From an uncultured Acidimicrobiales bacterium (GTDB lineage Bacteria > Actinomycetota > Acidimicrobiia > Acidimicrobiales > Aldehydirespiratoraceae), in contig CAJQPN010000015.1 of NCBI GenBank assembly GCA_905480195.1, positions 32,785 to 96,784 of the forward strand: a stretch of DNA of 64,000 nucleotides, given 5' to 3'. Below are positions 46,959-55,853 of the stretch, piece after piece. Position 1 is the first letter of the stretch; every line of letters starts with the position of its first letter. Under the pieces are notes generated by a model. The model saw only the letters and a list, made by a program, of their open reading frames with translations. It was not told where the DNA came from and made no database searches. The position numbers and the translations under genes were made by a program.

Positions 46959-47702
46959 ATGACCGAACAACGAGTTGCACTGGTCACGGGAGGGGCCCGA
47001 GGGATCGGGGCCGATGTGTGCCGCCGGCTGCACGCCCAGGGCCGTCGCATTGCGATTGCCGACCTCTTGGCCACTGACGCCGAGGCTCTTGCCGAGGAAC
47101 TCGGCGGCAAGGGCTACGCCTGCGACGTCACCGACAGCGAGCGAGTCCGCGACGTCGCCACTGCGATCGAATCGGACTTGGGCCCGATCGACATCCTGGT
47201 GAACTGTGCGGGATTCGATCGGTTCATTCGCTTCGTGGACACCGACGAAGACTTCTGGGACACGATCATCGACATCAACTACAAGGGAACGCTGCGCACC
47301 TGCCACGCCGTGCTGCCCGGAATGATGGAACGGGGTTGGGGTCGCATCGTCAACTTCGCGAGCGATGCCGCACGGGTTGGCAGTTCGCTCGAGTCGGTCT
47401 ACGCCGGTGCGAAGGCTGGGGTGATCGGCTTCACCAAAACGATCGCCCGGGAGTCGGTCAAGCGGGGTGTCACGTGCAACGTGGTCTGCCCCGGCCCGAC
47501 CGACACGACCCTCATCCGCGAGATGGGCGAGCAGGGTGAGCTTCCGGCGAAGATCGTGGCGGGACTCGACCGCGCCATGCCGATCGGCCGTATGGCCCAA
47601 CCCCACGAGATTGCCTACGGCGCCACGGTCTTCACCCACGATGACGCTGCGCTCATCACCGGCCAGACGCTGTCGGTGAGCGGCGGACTCACCATGGCCT
47701 AA
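46959..47702 (+). CDS. SDR-family oxidoreductase (FabG-like)
   Basis: VALVTGGARGIG, NCAG and YAGAKAG motifs. ATG 46959. Confidence 0.9.
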   Translation: MTEQRVALVTGGARGIGADVCRRLHAQGRRIAIADLLATDAEALAEELGGKGYACDVTDSERVRDVATAIESDLGPIDILVNCAGFDRFIRFVDTDEDFWDTIIDINYKGTLRTCHAVLPGMMERGWGRIVNFASDAARVGSSLESVYAGAKAGVIGFTKTIARESVKRGVTCNVVCPGPTDTTLIREMGEQGELPAKIVAGLDRAMPIGRMAQPHEIAYGATVFTHDDAALITGQTLSVSGGLTMA

Positions 47703-47735
47703 AGGACAGCGGACCTCGTCCGCTACGGTCGGGGG

Positions 47736-48533
47736 ATGGCTGACGACTGGTTCGACAAGTACGACGGGTTGCGTTTCGAGCGCCGCGAGCACGGCATCCT
47801 CTGGATGACGATCGACCGCCCCGAGTCGCTCAATGCGACCACGGCGTCGATGCACTATGCGCTCAGCCGAGTGTGGGACGACATCGACGACGACCCTGAA
47901 ACCCGCGTCGTCGTCGTCACCGGCGAGGGCAAGGCCTTCTCCGCCGGCGGCGACATGGCGTGGATCGACAGCTTCCTCGGCGACGCCGCACAGGTGCACG
48001 ATGTGCTGGACGAAGCCGGTGACGTCGTCTACCGCATCCTCCGTTGCCGAAAGATCATCATCTCGGCGATCAACGGTGTGGCGGTCGGTGCAGGTCTGGC
48101 AGTTGCACTCATGGCCGACATCAGCCTCATCGACGAAGACGCCCGATTCACCGACGGCCACCTCAGCATCGGTGTCGGGGCCGGCGACCACGCTGCCATC
48201 TGTTGGCCCTTGCTCTGCGGTCTGGCCAAGGCGAAGTACTACCTGTTGACCGCGGACTTCATCGACGGCAAGACGGCGGACCAGATCGGTCTCGTCAGCA
48301 AGTCCCTTCCGGGAGACGAGCTGCTCGCTGAAGCTGAACGGATCGCAACCAAGCTTGCCACGGGGCCTCAGCGGGCGCTCCGACTGACGAAGCGATCACT
48401 CAACCTCTGGATGCAGCAGGCATCACCGATCTTCGACTCGAGTCTTGCCTTCGAGATGCTCGGCTTCCTCGGCGAAGAAGCAGCCGAGGGGGTTGCGGCG
48501 ATGAAGGAAGGTCGCAAACCGGATTTCGGTTGA
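47736..48533 (+). CDS. enoyl-CoA hydratase/isomerase family protein
   Basis: Crotonase blocks ([35 protein letters not shown]). Confidence 0.9.
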   Translation: MADDWFDKYDGLRFERREHGILWMTIDRPESLNATTASMHYALSRVWDDIDDDPETRVVVVTGEGKAFSAGGDMAWIDSFLGDAAQVHDVLDEAGDVVYRILRCRKIIISAINGVAVGAGLAVALMADISLIDEDARFTDGHLSIGVGAGDHAAICWPLLCGLAKAKYYLLTADFIDGKTADQIGLVSKSLPGDELLAEAERIATKLATGPQRALRLTKRSLNLWMQQASPIFDSSLAFEMLGFLGEEAAEGVAAMKEGRKPDFG

Positions 48534-48559
48534 TCGACCGTCGACCTAACGTCTCGGAC

Positions 48560-49786
48560 ATGCGACGTCGAGTGCTGATCCCCTTCTTCACCGTTGCGTT
48601 TCTCCCTGCTTCGTGCGGCGGTGGCGTTGCCGAGGTGCCCGAAACAAATGCCACGGCGGCACTCACCACCGCGGCAACCACCGCTTCGACGACAACGACA
48701 TCCACCACCACGACAACGATCGCTGCTGGTGGTGCCGACGATGGCGGTGACGACACCGTTGCAGTCGAAGAAGCTGACGACGAGCCGGAGACGCCACTCG
48801 CCGTGTCGACGCCGGTCCCAGAGATCTTCCTCGCCGACATCCCCGACCTCGTCGCAGCATGGGGCGCAGGAACCGGTGTTCCGCTCGATGTCGCCCGCCA
48901 TATCATCGGTTTCCCACTCGAGATCACCGTTCCCGCCGGCAGCTCGCCCTACAGCGTGCGCGTCGAACTCGACGGTCGCGACGCAGGGGCCGACTGGCGA
49001 TGGGACTGGAGCTACGGCGCAGTGGCTACCACCGGTGTTGGCCAGATCGACGCCGAACTTCCCGAGGGAGGCCCTGGGACGATCGAGGGACGGCTGCACT
49101 TCGATCCCCTCTTTGCCGGCTTTGGATGGAGCAACGTCGCACAGGTGATCAGCGATCCCAGCAGCGGCAGTGGTGGCCCCCAGTCGGTGAATTGGGCGTA
49201 CCGAAAGGACGATCTCGTCTTCGCCATCGGCGAGGTCGCGGCCGAGGCCGTGAGCGCACGCGCCTGGGTCGACGAAGACATCGACTTCCGCGACGGCGAT
49301 GACCGCGCCGGCTACGAAGTCGAGCTCGCGCTTCGGGTGGAGCCGGGCTTCGTTGCGGTGCCGCTGCTCGCAACGCTCCTCGGCGAGACGCCGAACCCTC
49401 CCGGTTCGCGTTTGGTCGAACTTGACTTGGTCTCGTACGACCGCACCGACGAGAGCTTCCTCGCCGACGAGGGCCTGCGTTATCTCGAACTCAGGTTCGT
49501 GTGGGAACTTGCTCCTGGCTCGGCAACGGCTGCAAAGGAGTCCTACTCCAACGGGCTCGATGGCACTGCGTTCCAGATGGGTGAGGAGAGTTTCTTCGAC
49601 GAGGGTTTTGTCCGAGTGGTCGAGGCAACCATCGACAGCAACGGACTGTGGCGCCAGCCCGTGATCTTCTTGGACCGTTACCCCGGATTCATCAGCGTGT
49701 GGCAAGCCGATGACGGCACCGCTATGAGCAGCATCAACGTGACGCTCGAACCGAACCGTGAGATTCTCGAACCACTCCCCGGCTAA
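48560..49786 (+). CDS. putative secreted lipoprotein of unknown function
   Basis: MRRRVLIPFFTVAFLPAS-C-GGG is a signal peptide plus a lipobox-like sequence. A Thr-rich linker and an acidic stretch follow, then about 330 aa with no motif I recognise. Confidence 0.6.
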   Translation: MRRRVLIPFFTVAFLPASCGGGVAEVPETNATAALTTAATTASTTTTSTTTTTIAAGGADDGGDDTVAVEEADDEPETPLAVSTPVPEIFLADIPDLVAAWGAGTGVPLDVARHIIGFPLEITVPAGSSPYSVRVELDGRDAGADWRWDWSYGAVATTGVGQIDAELPEGGPGTIEGRLHFDPLFAGFGWSNVAQVISDPSSGSGGPQSVNWAYRKDDLVFAIGEVAAEAVSARAWVDEDIDFRDGDDRAGYEVELALRVEPGFVAVPLLATLLGETPNPPGSRLVELDLVSYDRTDESFLADEGLRYLELRFVWELAPGSATAAKESYSNGLDGTAFQMGEESFFDEGFVRVVEATIDSNGLWRQPVIFLDRYPGFISVWQADDGTAMSSINVTLEPNREILEPLPG

Positions 49787-49792
49787 GTGCCC

Positions 49793-50773
49793 TCAGTCCG
49801 TCTCGTCGAGTCGGCGACCGGTCTCGGTCAGGTTGATCTCCCACAGCACCTTGTCGAGCGCGTCGCTTGCTGCAATCGATGAGTAGCGAAGCGGGTTGTC
49901 GACGGTGACCGTCGACGCAATTGGCGAGAGGATCGTCCACGGCGTCGGGTGCGCGAACTGGACGACGCTGTAGCGATCGCCTTGCTGACCCTCGCCTGAA
50001 ACGACCCGGTGGATGCCCGACGGGATCATCCCGTTGCTGAGCCGCTCGAGCATCAGCCCGGTGTTGATGATCGCCGAGCCGTCTGGCGGTGCTGCGTCGA
50101 TCCAACCCTCGCCGATCTTGACCTGTAATCCCGCAGCGGTCGCCCGCGGCAACGCGGTGATGAGGTTGATGTCGGCGTGCTCGCCCGCCCAGACATGCTG
50201 GGTACCGGGGGCTTGATCCATCGCCGGATAGTGGATCGCACGGGTGAGTGTTGCGCCGTCAGTCAACATCTCGTCGAAGAAGCTCTCGTGGGCACCGAGG
50301 CCTTCGGCGATGATCCGGAGCACCCGACGCTGCAGGTCAGACACGCATTGGTGGAATGCCATGAGCAGGTCACGGACGCCGGGTAGGTCGTCCTCGGGAA
50401 GGGTCGGGGGCCCGTACCGATGGGGGTACTTGGCGCGAAGCGGGTGGCCCTCACCGAGTGGAGCACCCCAGTTCAACATCTCTTTCCAGTCGGGCACATC
50501 AGCGATCGCTGCCGTCTCGACCAAAAGGCCGGTGTAGCCGGTCTGGCCGTTGCTCCCGGGAACCACGTAGGCGTCCTTGCGCTCCTGCGGCAACGTGAAA
50601 AACGCCTCGAGTTGGGCGTAGGCCTCGTCGATCAGTTCGATTGGAAGGTCGTGTTCGACGTAGACGAACCCGGTGACGAGGCTGCGAGCGACACCATCGA
50701 CGACCGCACGGCGGGCAGCAGCCGAACCAGACTCGAAGGCCAGCAGATCGACATCGAGGATCTCCATCTCCAA
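49793..50773 (-). CDS. 2-oxoglutarate/Fe(II)-dependent oxygenase (isopenicillin-N-synthase-like family)
   Basis: HxD...H facial triad context (GEHADINLITAL ... SGIHRV) and an RxS-like region (RYSVVQF). Confidence 0.8.
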   Translation of the reverse strand: MEMEILDVDLLAFESGSAAARRAVVDGVARSLVTGFVYVEHDLPIELIDEAYAQLEAFFTLPQERKDAYVVPGSNGQTGYTGLLVETAAIADVPDWKEMLNWGAPLGEGHPLRAKYPHRYGPPTLPEDDLPGVRDLLMAFHQCVSDLQRRVLRIIAEGLGAHESFFDEMLTDGATLTRAIHYPAMDQAPGTQHVWAGEHADINLITALPRATAAGLQVKIGEGWIDAAPPDGSAIINTGLMLERLSNGMIPSGIHRVVSGEGQQGDRYSVVQFAHPTPWTILSPIASTVTVDNPLRYSSIAASDALDKVLWEINLTETGRRLDETD

Positions 50774-50827
50774 ACCCTATCCCGACGCCGTTTGCGCTCG
50801 TGTGGGGAGGAGCGTCAGGCTTGCCCC

Positions 50828-51307
50828 ATGGCCGACCAACCGAAGCCTCGCGCCGCCGCCGACGACCGTCTTGCGAAAATGGTCACCACAGACTGGTTTC
50901 GGGCCGTCGCACCGAAGGTGATCCCGCGGATGCACCGTGCGATGCGGATACTGAGCCGAGGCAAGTTCGTGCCCGGCGCCGGACTGATCTTGACGACGGT
51001 TGGTGCCAAGAGTGGCAAACGCCGAGAGACCCCGCTCGAGGCGGTGCCGTGTCCCGACGGAACCTGGGTGATCGTCGGGAGCAACTTCGCCCAAGCCCAC
51101 CACCCAGCCTGGACGACCAACCTGATCGCGAACCCCGACGCCGATGTGTTGATCCGCGGCCGCACGATGCGGGTGCGGGCTGACCTCCTCGCAGGCGACG
51201 AGCGTGCAGAAGCGTGGCAACTGGCGCTCGCCCACTTCGGTGGTTGGCAGGCCTACACCGAGATCACCGATCGAGCATTCCGGATCTTTCGCCTCACCCC
51301 CGCCTGA
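50828..51307 (+). CDS. deazaflavin (F420H2)-dependent nitroreductase/DDN-family protein
   Basis: 159 aa. GLILTTVGAKSGKRRETPL...VIVGSNFAQAHHPAWTTNL is typical of the family. Confidence 0.75.
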   Translation: MADQPKPRAAADDRLAKMVTTDWFRAVAPKVIPRMHRAMRILSRGKFVPGAGLILTTVGAKSGKRRETPLEAVPCPDGTWVIVGSNFAQAHHPAWTTNLIANPDADVLIRGRTMRVRADLLAGDERAEAWQLALAHFGGWQAYTEITDRAFRIFRLTPA

Positions 51308-51320
51308 GGGTGAGCGTGGA

Positions 51321-51782
51321 TCAGTGGTCGGCTTCAAGGGAGTCGGCAAGCCTCGGTAGCACGGCAGCGAGCAACTCGATCTCATCGGCGCTGAGTCGGT
51401 CGACGAACAAGCGCCGAACCTCCGCAACGTGGCCCACAGCCGCATCGCGGAGACATCGGAACCCGGCTTCGGTGAGCACCACCCACCAAACGCGAGCGTC
51501 TGCGTCGCATCGTTCTCGTTCGACGACGCCTGCCCGACTGAGGCGATCGATTCGCTGTGAGATCCGTGACGGTGAGTTGGTGACCGACTCCGCGAGGTCG
51601 GTCATGCGCATGCGCCAGCCGTCGGTCTCGCTGAGCCGAACCAGCACCTCGTAATCGTCGGTGGTGAGACCGCTGTCGGTCTTCAATTGACGATCGGACG
51701 CGGCCAGAATGCGGCGACTGGCGTCGATCCAGCCCCGCCAGGCCTGCTGTTCGCGCTCGCTCAGCCAGTTCGGTTCCGACAT
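51321..51782 (-). CDS. MarR-family transcriptional regulator
   Basis: DDYEVLVRLSETDGWRMRMTDLAESVTNSPSRISQRIDRLSRAGVVERERCDADAR. ATG 51782. Confidence 0.85.
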   Translation of the reverse strand: MSEPNWLSEREQQAWRGWIDASRRILAASDRQLKTDSGLTTDDYEVLVRLSETDGWRMRMTDLAESVTNSPSRISQRIDRLSRAGVVERERCDADARVWWVVLTEAGFRCLRDAAVGHVAEVRRLFVDRLSADEIELLAAVLPRLADSLEADH

Positions 51783-51989
51783 TGCGTCAGATTCTAGGCG
51801 GGCGGCTGCCCTTCCGAATCGCATGTTGTCCACAGCGAGCAGGTTGTTGAACGACAGCAATCTCGGTGCTCGGTGCAAATTACACACATCCTGTGGAAAC
51901 ACTGTTGAGCAATCTGTGGAGGTATGTCGTGGCAGCCGGTCGTCCAATAATCTAGGGTAATAAATCGTTGATTTTTCAGGCTTTCCAGA

Positions 51990-52148
51990 GAAAAGAAGGA
52001 CTCCTCCTTGACGAAGGTGTAATTACGCGGCTGTACTTACATACCCTGCCTTTCTGCGGTAGGTGCGGGCGGGTGGTCTGACCGGGAGCCACCCACGAAG
52101 CTCGCTGGTGATTCCGGTGCGGGAAGAGAACGGGAAGAGGGGCGCCAC
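51990..52148 (+). promoter_or_regulatory. structured 5' leader of nrdAB (possible cobalamin riboswitch, unverified)
   Basis: 366-bp non-coding gap. Contains hairpins AAGGA-CUCC-UCCUU and GGGUGG-N12-CCACCC (52071..52094). Contains elements GAAGGUGUAAUUAC, GCGGCUGUA and GACCGGGAGCCA in the order expected for a B12 element. Also has a CGGGAAGAG tandem repeat next to the SD. Confidence 0.25.
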
Positions 52149-54605
52149 ATGGCGATGATCGAGGATCGGCTCTCAGCAGTCGGTGACGTAGCGACCACGG
52201 TCGAGACCAGCACCAGGATGCGGGTCAAGAAGCGAAACGGGACCCTCGAACCCGTCGATCTGAACAAGATTGTCAATGCGGTCGCTCGGGCCTCCGAGGG
52301 CCTCATCGGCGTCGACCCCATGGTGGTGTCCACTCGAACGATCTCGGCGCTCGCCGACGGCTCGACCACCCAAGAGCTTGACGAACTGTCGATCCGAACC
52401 GCTGCGGGCCTGATCGTCGAAGAGCCCAACTACTCCAAGCTCGCCGCCCGGATGCTGGCCACCTACGTCGACAAAGAGGTCCGCAACCAGAACGTTCCAT
52501 GGTTCTCCGAGTCGGTTGCACTGGGCCACAAGCTCGGCCTGATCGGCGATACCGTCTTCGAGTTCGTCACCACACACGCCCCCGAACTCAACGCCGCCGT
52601 CAACACCCAGCGAGACAAGAACTTCGAGTTCTTCGGTCTGCGCACGGTATATGACCGCTACCTGCTGCGGCATCCCGAAACTCGCAACGTCATCGAGACC
52701 CCGCAGTACTTCTTTCTGCGTGTCGCCTGTGGCCTCGCCACCGACTCCGAAGAGGCGATCAAGTTCTACGACCTCATGTCGTCGCTTGCATACCTTGCCT
52801 CCTCCCCCACACTGTTCAACTCCGGGACCACCCACCCACAGATGTCGAGTTGCTATCTGCTCGACTCGCCCGAAGACTCCCTCGAAGGCATCTACAAGCG
52901 CTACACCGACATCGCCCGGCTCTCGAAGTTCGCCGGCGGCATCGGCGTCGCCTGGCACCGGATCCGCTCCAAGAACAGCCTGATCGTCGGCACCAACGGC
53001 CTCAGCAACGGCATCGTCCCGTGGCTCAAGACCCTCGACGCCTCTGTCTCGGCGGTCAACCAGGGTGGTCGGCGCAAGGGTGCTGCATGCGTGTACCTCG
53101 AGAGCTGGCATGCCGACATCGACCAGTTCCTCGAACTGCGCGACAACACCGGCGACCACGCCCGCCGCACCCACAACATCAACCTCGCCAACTGGATCCC
53201 TGACCTCTTCATGGAGCGTGTCGAAAAGGACTGGCAGTGGAGCCTCTTTGACCCCAAGAAGGTGCCCGAGCTCATCGACACCTACGGGGACGAGTTCCGC
53301 GCCATCTACGAGCAAGCCGAAGCCGACGCTCGCTTCGAAAAGCAGGTGCCGGCCCGGCAGCTCTACCAGCGCATGATGAAGACACTGGCCGAGACCGGCA
53401 ACGGCTGGATGACCTTCAAGGATTCGAGCAACGAGAAGTGCAACCAGACCGGTCCCGGTGCCGGTGGTGGCGCCAACGCCCGAGACCGTGTCGTGCACCT
53501 CTCGAACCTCTGCACCGAGATCCTCGAGGTCACGTCCCAGTCCGAGACAGCCGTGTGCAACCTCGGCTCGATCAACCTCGGCGAGTTCGTCGTTGCGTCA
53601 GACGACGCCATCGGCATCGACTTCCAACGTCTCGGAGAAGTCGTGCGCCAAGTCGTGCCGTTCCTCGACCGAGTGATCGACATCAACTACTACCCGACCG
53701 ACGAGTCCGGCGCGTCCAACGAGCGCTGGCGTCCCGTCGGCCTCGGCCTGATGGGCCTTCAGGACGTCTTCTTCAAGATGGGAGTGCCGTTCGACTCTCC
53801 GACCGCCCGAGAGGTGAGTCGCCGCATCTCCGAAGAGATCTACTTCAATGCGCTGTGGGCGTCGACCGAGCTCGCCGAGGCCAGCGGCCCGCATGCTGCC
53901 TTCAACGAAACTCGTGCAGCGGCCGGCGAACTGCAATTCGATCTGTGGGGGGTCGAACCCGCCGACCAAGAGCGCTGGGGCACGCTGCGCGAGCGCATCA
54001 AGCAGCATGGCCTGCGCAATTCGCTCATGATCGCCATCGCCCCGACCGCCACGATCGCATCGATCGCTGGTTGCTACGAGTGCATCGAGCCGCAGGTCTC
54101 CAACCTTTTCAAGCGCGAGACCCTCTCGGGCGAGTTCATGCAGATCAACCGCTATCTGGTGAAGGAACTTCAGGCGCTTGGTCTGTGGGACGCCCAGATG
54201 ATCGCCGACGTGAAGAAGGCCGAAGGCTCGATCCAAGACATCGATCGCATCCCTGATGACCTGAAGGCGGTCTACCGCACTGCGTGGGAGATCCCGATGA
54301 AGAGTCTCATTGAGATGGCGGCCGAGCGCGGCGCGTTCATTGACCAGAGCCAATCACTCAACCTGTTCATAGAGTCGCCCACCATCGGCAAGCTCTCGTC
54401 GATGTACATGTACGCATGGAAGGCCGGTCTCAAGACCACCTACTACCTGCGTTCCCGTCCAGCGACCCGAATCAACAAGACCACCACCCCCGGTGGTGGT
54501 CCGAACGGCGGCGGCCAGCCGGTACCCGAAAAGACAATGTTCACCGACGAAGAGGCCATCGCCTGTTCGCTGGAGAACCCTGAGGCATGTGAGGCGTGTG
54601 ACTGA
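52149..54605 (+). CDS. nrdA: class Ia ribonucleoside-diphosphate reductase alpha subunit
   Basis: N-terminal ATP-cone (RVKKRNGTLEPVDLNKIVNAV), catalytic blocks (NLCTEI, SCYLL) and a C-terminal CEAC redox tail. Confidence 0.9.
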   Translation: MAMIEDRLSAVGDVATTVETSTRMRVKKRNGTLEPVDLNKIVNAVARASEGLIGVDPMVVSTRTISALADGSTTQELDELSIRTAAGLIVEEPNYSKLAARMLATYVDKEVRNQNVPWFSESVALGHKLGLIGDTVFEFVTTHAPELNAAVNTQRDKNFEFFGLRTVYDRYLLRHPETRNVIETPQYFFLRVACGLATDSEEAIKFYDLMSSLAYLASSPTLFNSGTTHPQMSSCYLLDSPEDSLEGIYKRYTDIARLSKFAGGIGVAWHRIRSKNSLIVGTNGLSNGIVPWLKTLDASVSAVNQGGRRKGAACVYLESWHADIDQFLELRDNTGDHARRTHNINLANWIPDLFMERVEKDWQWSLFDPKKVPELIDTYGDEFRAIYEQAEADARFEKQVPARQLYQRMMKTLAETGNGWMTFKDSSNEKCNQTGPGAGGGANARDRVVHLSNLCTEILEVTSQSETAVCNLGSINLGEFVVASDDAIGIDFQRLGEVVRQVVPFLDRVIDINYYPTDESGASNERWRPVGLGLMGLQDVFFKMGVPFDSPTAREVSRRISEEIYFNALWASTELAEASGPHAAFNETRAAAGELQFDLWGVEPADQERWGTLRERIKQHGLRNSLMIAIAPTATIASIAGCYECIEPQVSNLFKRETLSGEFMQINRYLVKELQALGLWDAQMIADVKKAEGSIQDIDRIPDDLKAVYRTAWEIPMKSLIEMAAERGAFIDQSQSLNLFIESPTIGKLSSMYMYAWKAGLKTTYYLRSRPATRINKTTTPGGGPNGGGQPVPEKTMFTDEEAIACSLENPEACEACD

Positions 54606-55699
54606 TGGCTCTTGCAGAAGATCCCACCTTTGGCGAGGTCGCTGCTACCCCTGCGTACGACGGATCGACACTCGGTCATTCCGCCAAGCGGGGCGCCCAG
54701 ACCAACATCCTCGACCCCGGCTTCGACCTCACGTTGCGGCCGATGCGGTATCCGCAGTTCTTCGAGATGTACAAAGACGCGATCAAGAACACATGGACCG
54801 TCGAAGAGATCGACTTCTCCGACGATCTGACCGACCTCGATCGCAAGCTGATGCCGGCCGAGAAGCACCTGATCAGTCGTCTCGTGGCGTTCTTCGCCAC
54901 CGGCGACTCGATCGTGGCCAACAACTTGGTGCTCAACCTCTACCAGCACATCAACTCGCCCGAAGCCCGGATGTACCTGAGCCGACAGCTCTACGAAGAG
55001 GCGTTGCACGTTCAGTTCTACTTGAACCTTCTCGATAACTACATCCCCGATCACGACGAACGGGCTGAAGCCTTCGCCGCCATCGAGAACATCCCCTCGA
55101 TCCGGACCAAGGCCGAGTTCTGTTTCAAGTGGATGGGCAATGTTCCCGACGGAGCGCTGCAGACCGAAGAGGATCGCAAACGGTTCCTCATGAACCTGAT
55201 CTGCTTCGCCACATGCATTGAGGGTCTGTTCTTCTTCGCCGCCTTCGCCTATGTGTACTTCCTGCGCAGCAAGGGGCTGCTCAACGGTCTCGCTGCAGGA
55301 ACGAACTGGGTCTTCCGCGACGAGTCGATGCACATGAACTTCGCCCTCGAGGTAATCAATACGGTCCGGGCCGAGGAGCCCGAACTGTTCGACGACGATC
55401 TCGGTCAGCGCATCACGTTGATGATCGAAGAAGCGGTCGATGCCGAATTCCATTTCGCCGAGGATCTCCTCGGCGAAGGCGTACCTGGCATGTCAACTGT
55501 CGATACCCGCACCTATCTCGAGTTTGTCGCCGATCAGCGCCTTCAGCAGCTCGGCCTCCCGAAACGCTACGACGCATCGAACCCATTTTCCTTCATGGAA
55601 CTGCAGGACGTGCAAGAGCTCTCGAACTTCTTTGAGCGCACGGTGTCGGCCTACCAGGTCGGGGTCGAAGGCGACGTCGCCTTCGACGAAGACTTCTAA
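54605..55699 (+). CDS. nrdB: class Ia ribonucleoside-diphosphate reductase beta subunit
   Basis: Di-iron ligand blocks (FFATGDSIV, YEEALHVQFY with Tyr at His+4, IEGLFFF, RDESMH). ATG overlaps the nrdA stop (TGATG). Confidence 0.9.
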   Translation: MALAEDPTFGEVAATPAYDGSTLGHSAKRGAQTNILDPGFDLTLRPMRYPQFFEMYKDAIKNTWTVEEIDFSDDLTDLDRKLMPAEKHLISRLVAFFATGDSIVANNLVLNLYQHINSPEARMYLSRQLYEEALHVQFYLNLLDNYIPDHDERAEAFAAIENIPSIRTKAEFCFKWMGNVPDGALQTEEDRKRFLMNLICFATCIEGLFFFAAFAYVYFLRSKGLLNGLAAGTNWVFRDESMHMNFALEVINTVRAEEPELFDDDLGQRITLMIEEAVDAEFHFAEDLLGEGVPGMSTVDTRTYLEFVADQRLQQLGLPKRYDASNPFSFMELQDVQELSNFFERTVSAYQVGVEGDVAFDEDF

Positions 55700-55762
55700 C
55701 CAAGGTCCGGCTTCCCCGAGCCACCACCACACCCGGTTTCACCGACCGGGCCACTACCCCTC

Positions 55763-55795
55763 GACGGCCGCCCTGCACACCACAGGGCGGCCGTC
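55763..55795. terminator. strong bidirectional hairpin between the convergent nrdB and redoxin genes
   Basis: GACGGCCGCCCTG-cacacca-CAGGGCGGCCGTC, a perfect 13-bp GC-rich stem. Confidence 0.6.
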
Positions 55796-55853
55796 CCGCG
55801 TCCGACGACGCTGTGGCTGTGAACGAACGGTGCGGCTCGAGAGAACCGCCAGC

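Noticed and set aside
48662-48719. ACC/ACG-rich repetitive stretch considered as a tandem repeat or array
   Set aside because: It is in frame and encodes the Thr-rich linker of the lipoprotein. There is no spacer/repeat organisation.
51825-51925. NrdR boxes upstream of nrdAB; repeated CTGTGGA/TCCACAG elements
   Set aside because: No 16-bp acaCwAtATaTwGtgt-like palindrome was found. The nearest candidate, CACACATCCTGTG, has the wrong spacing. The CTGTGGA repeats are noted, but on their own they are too short to call.
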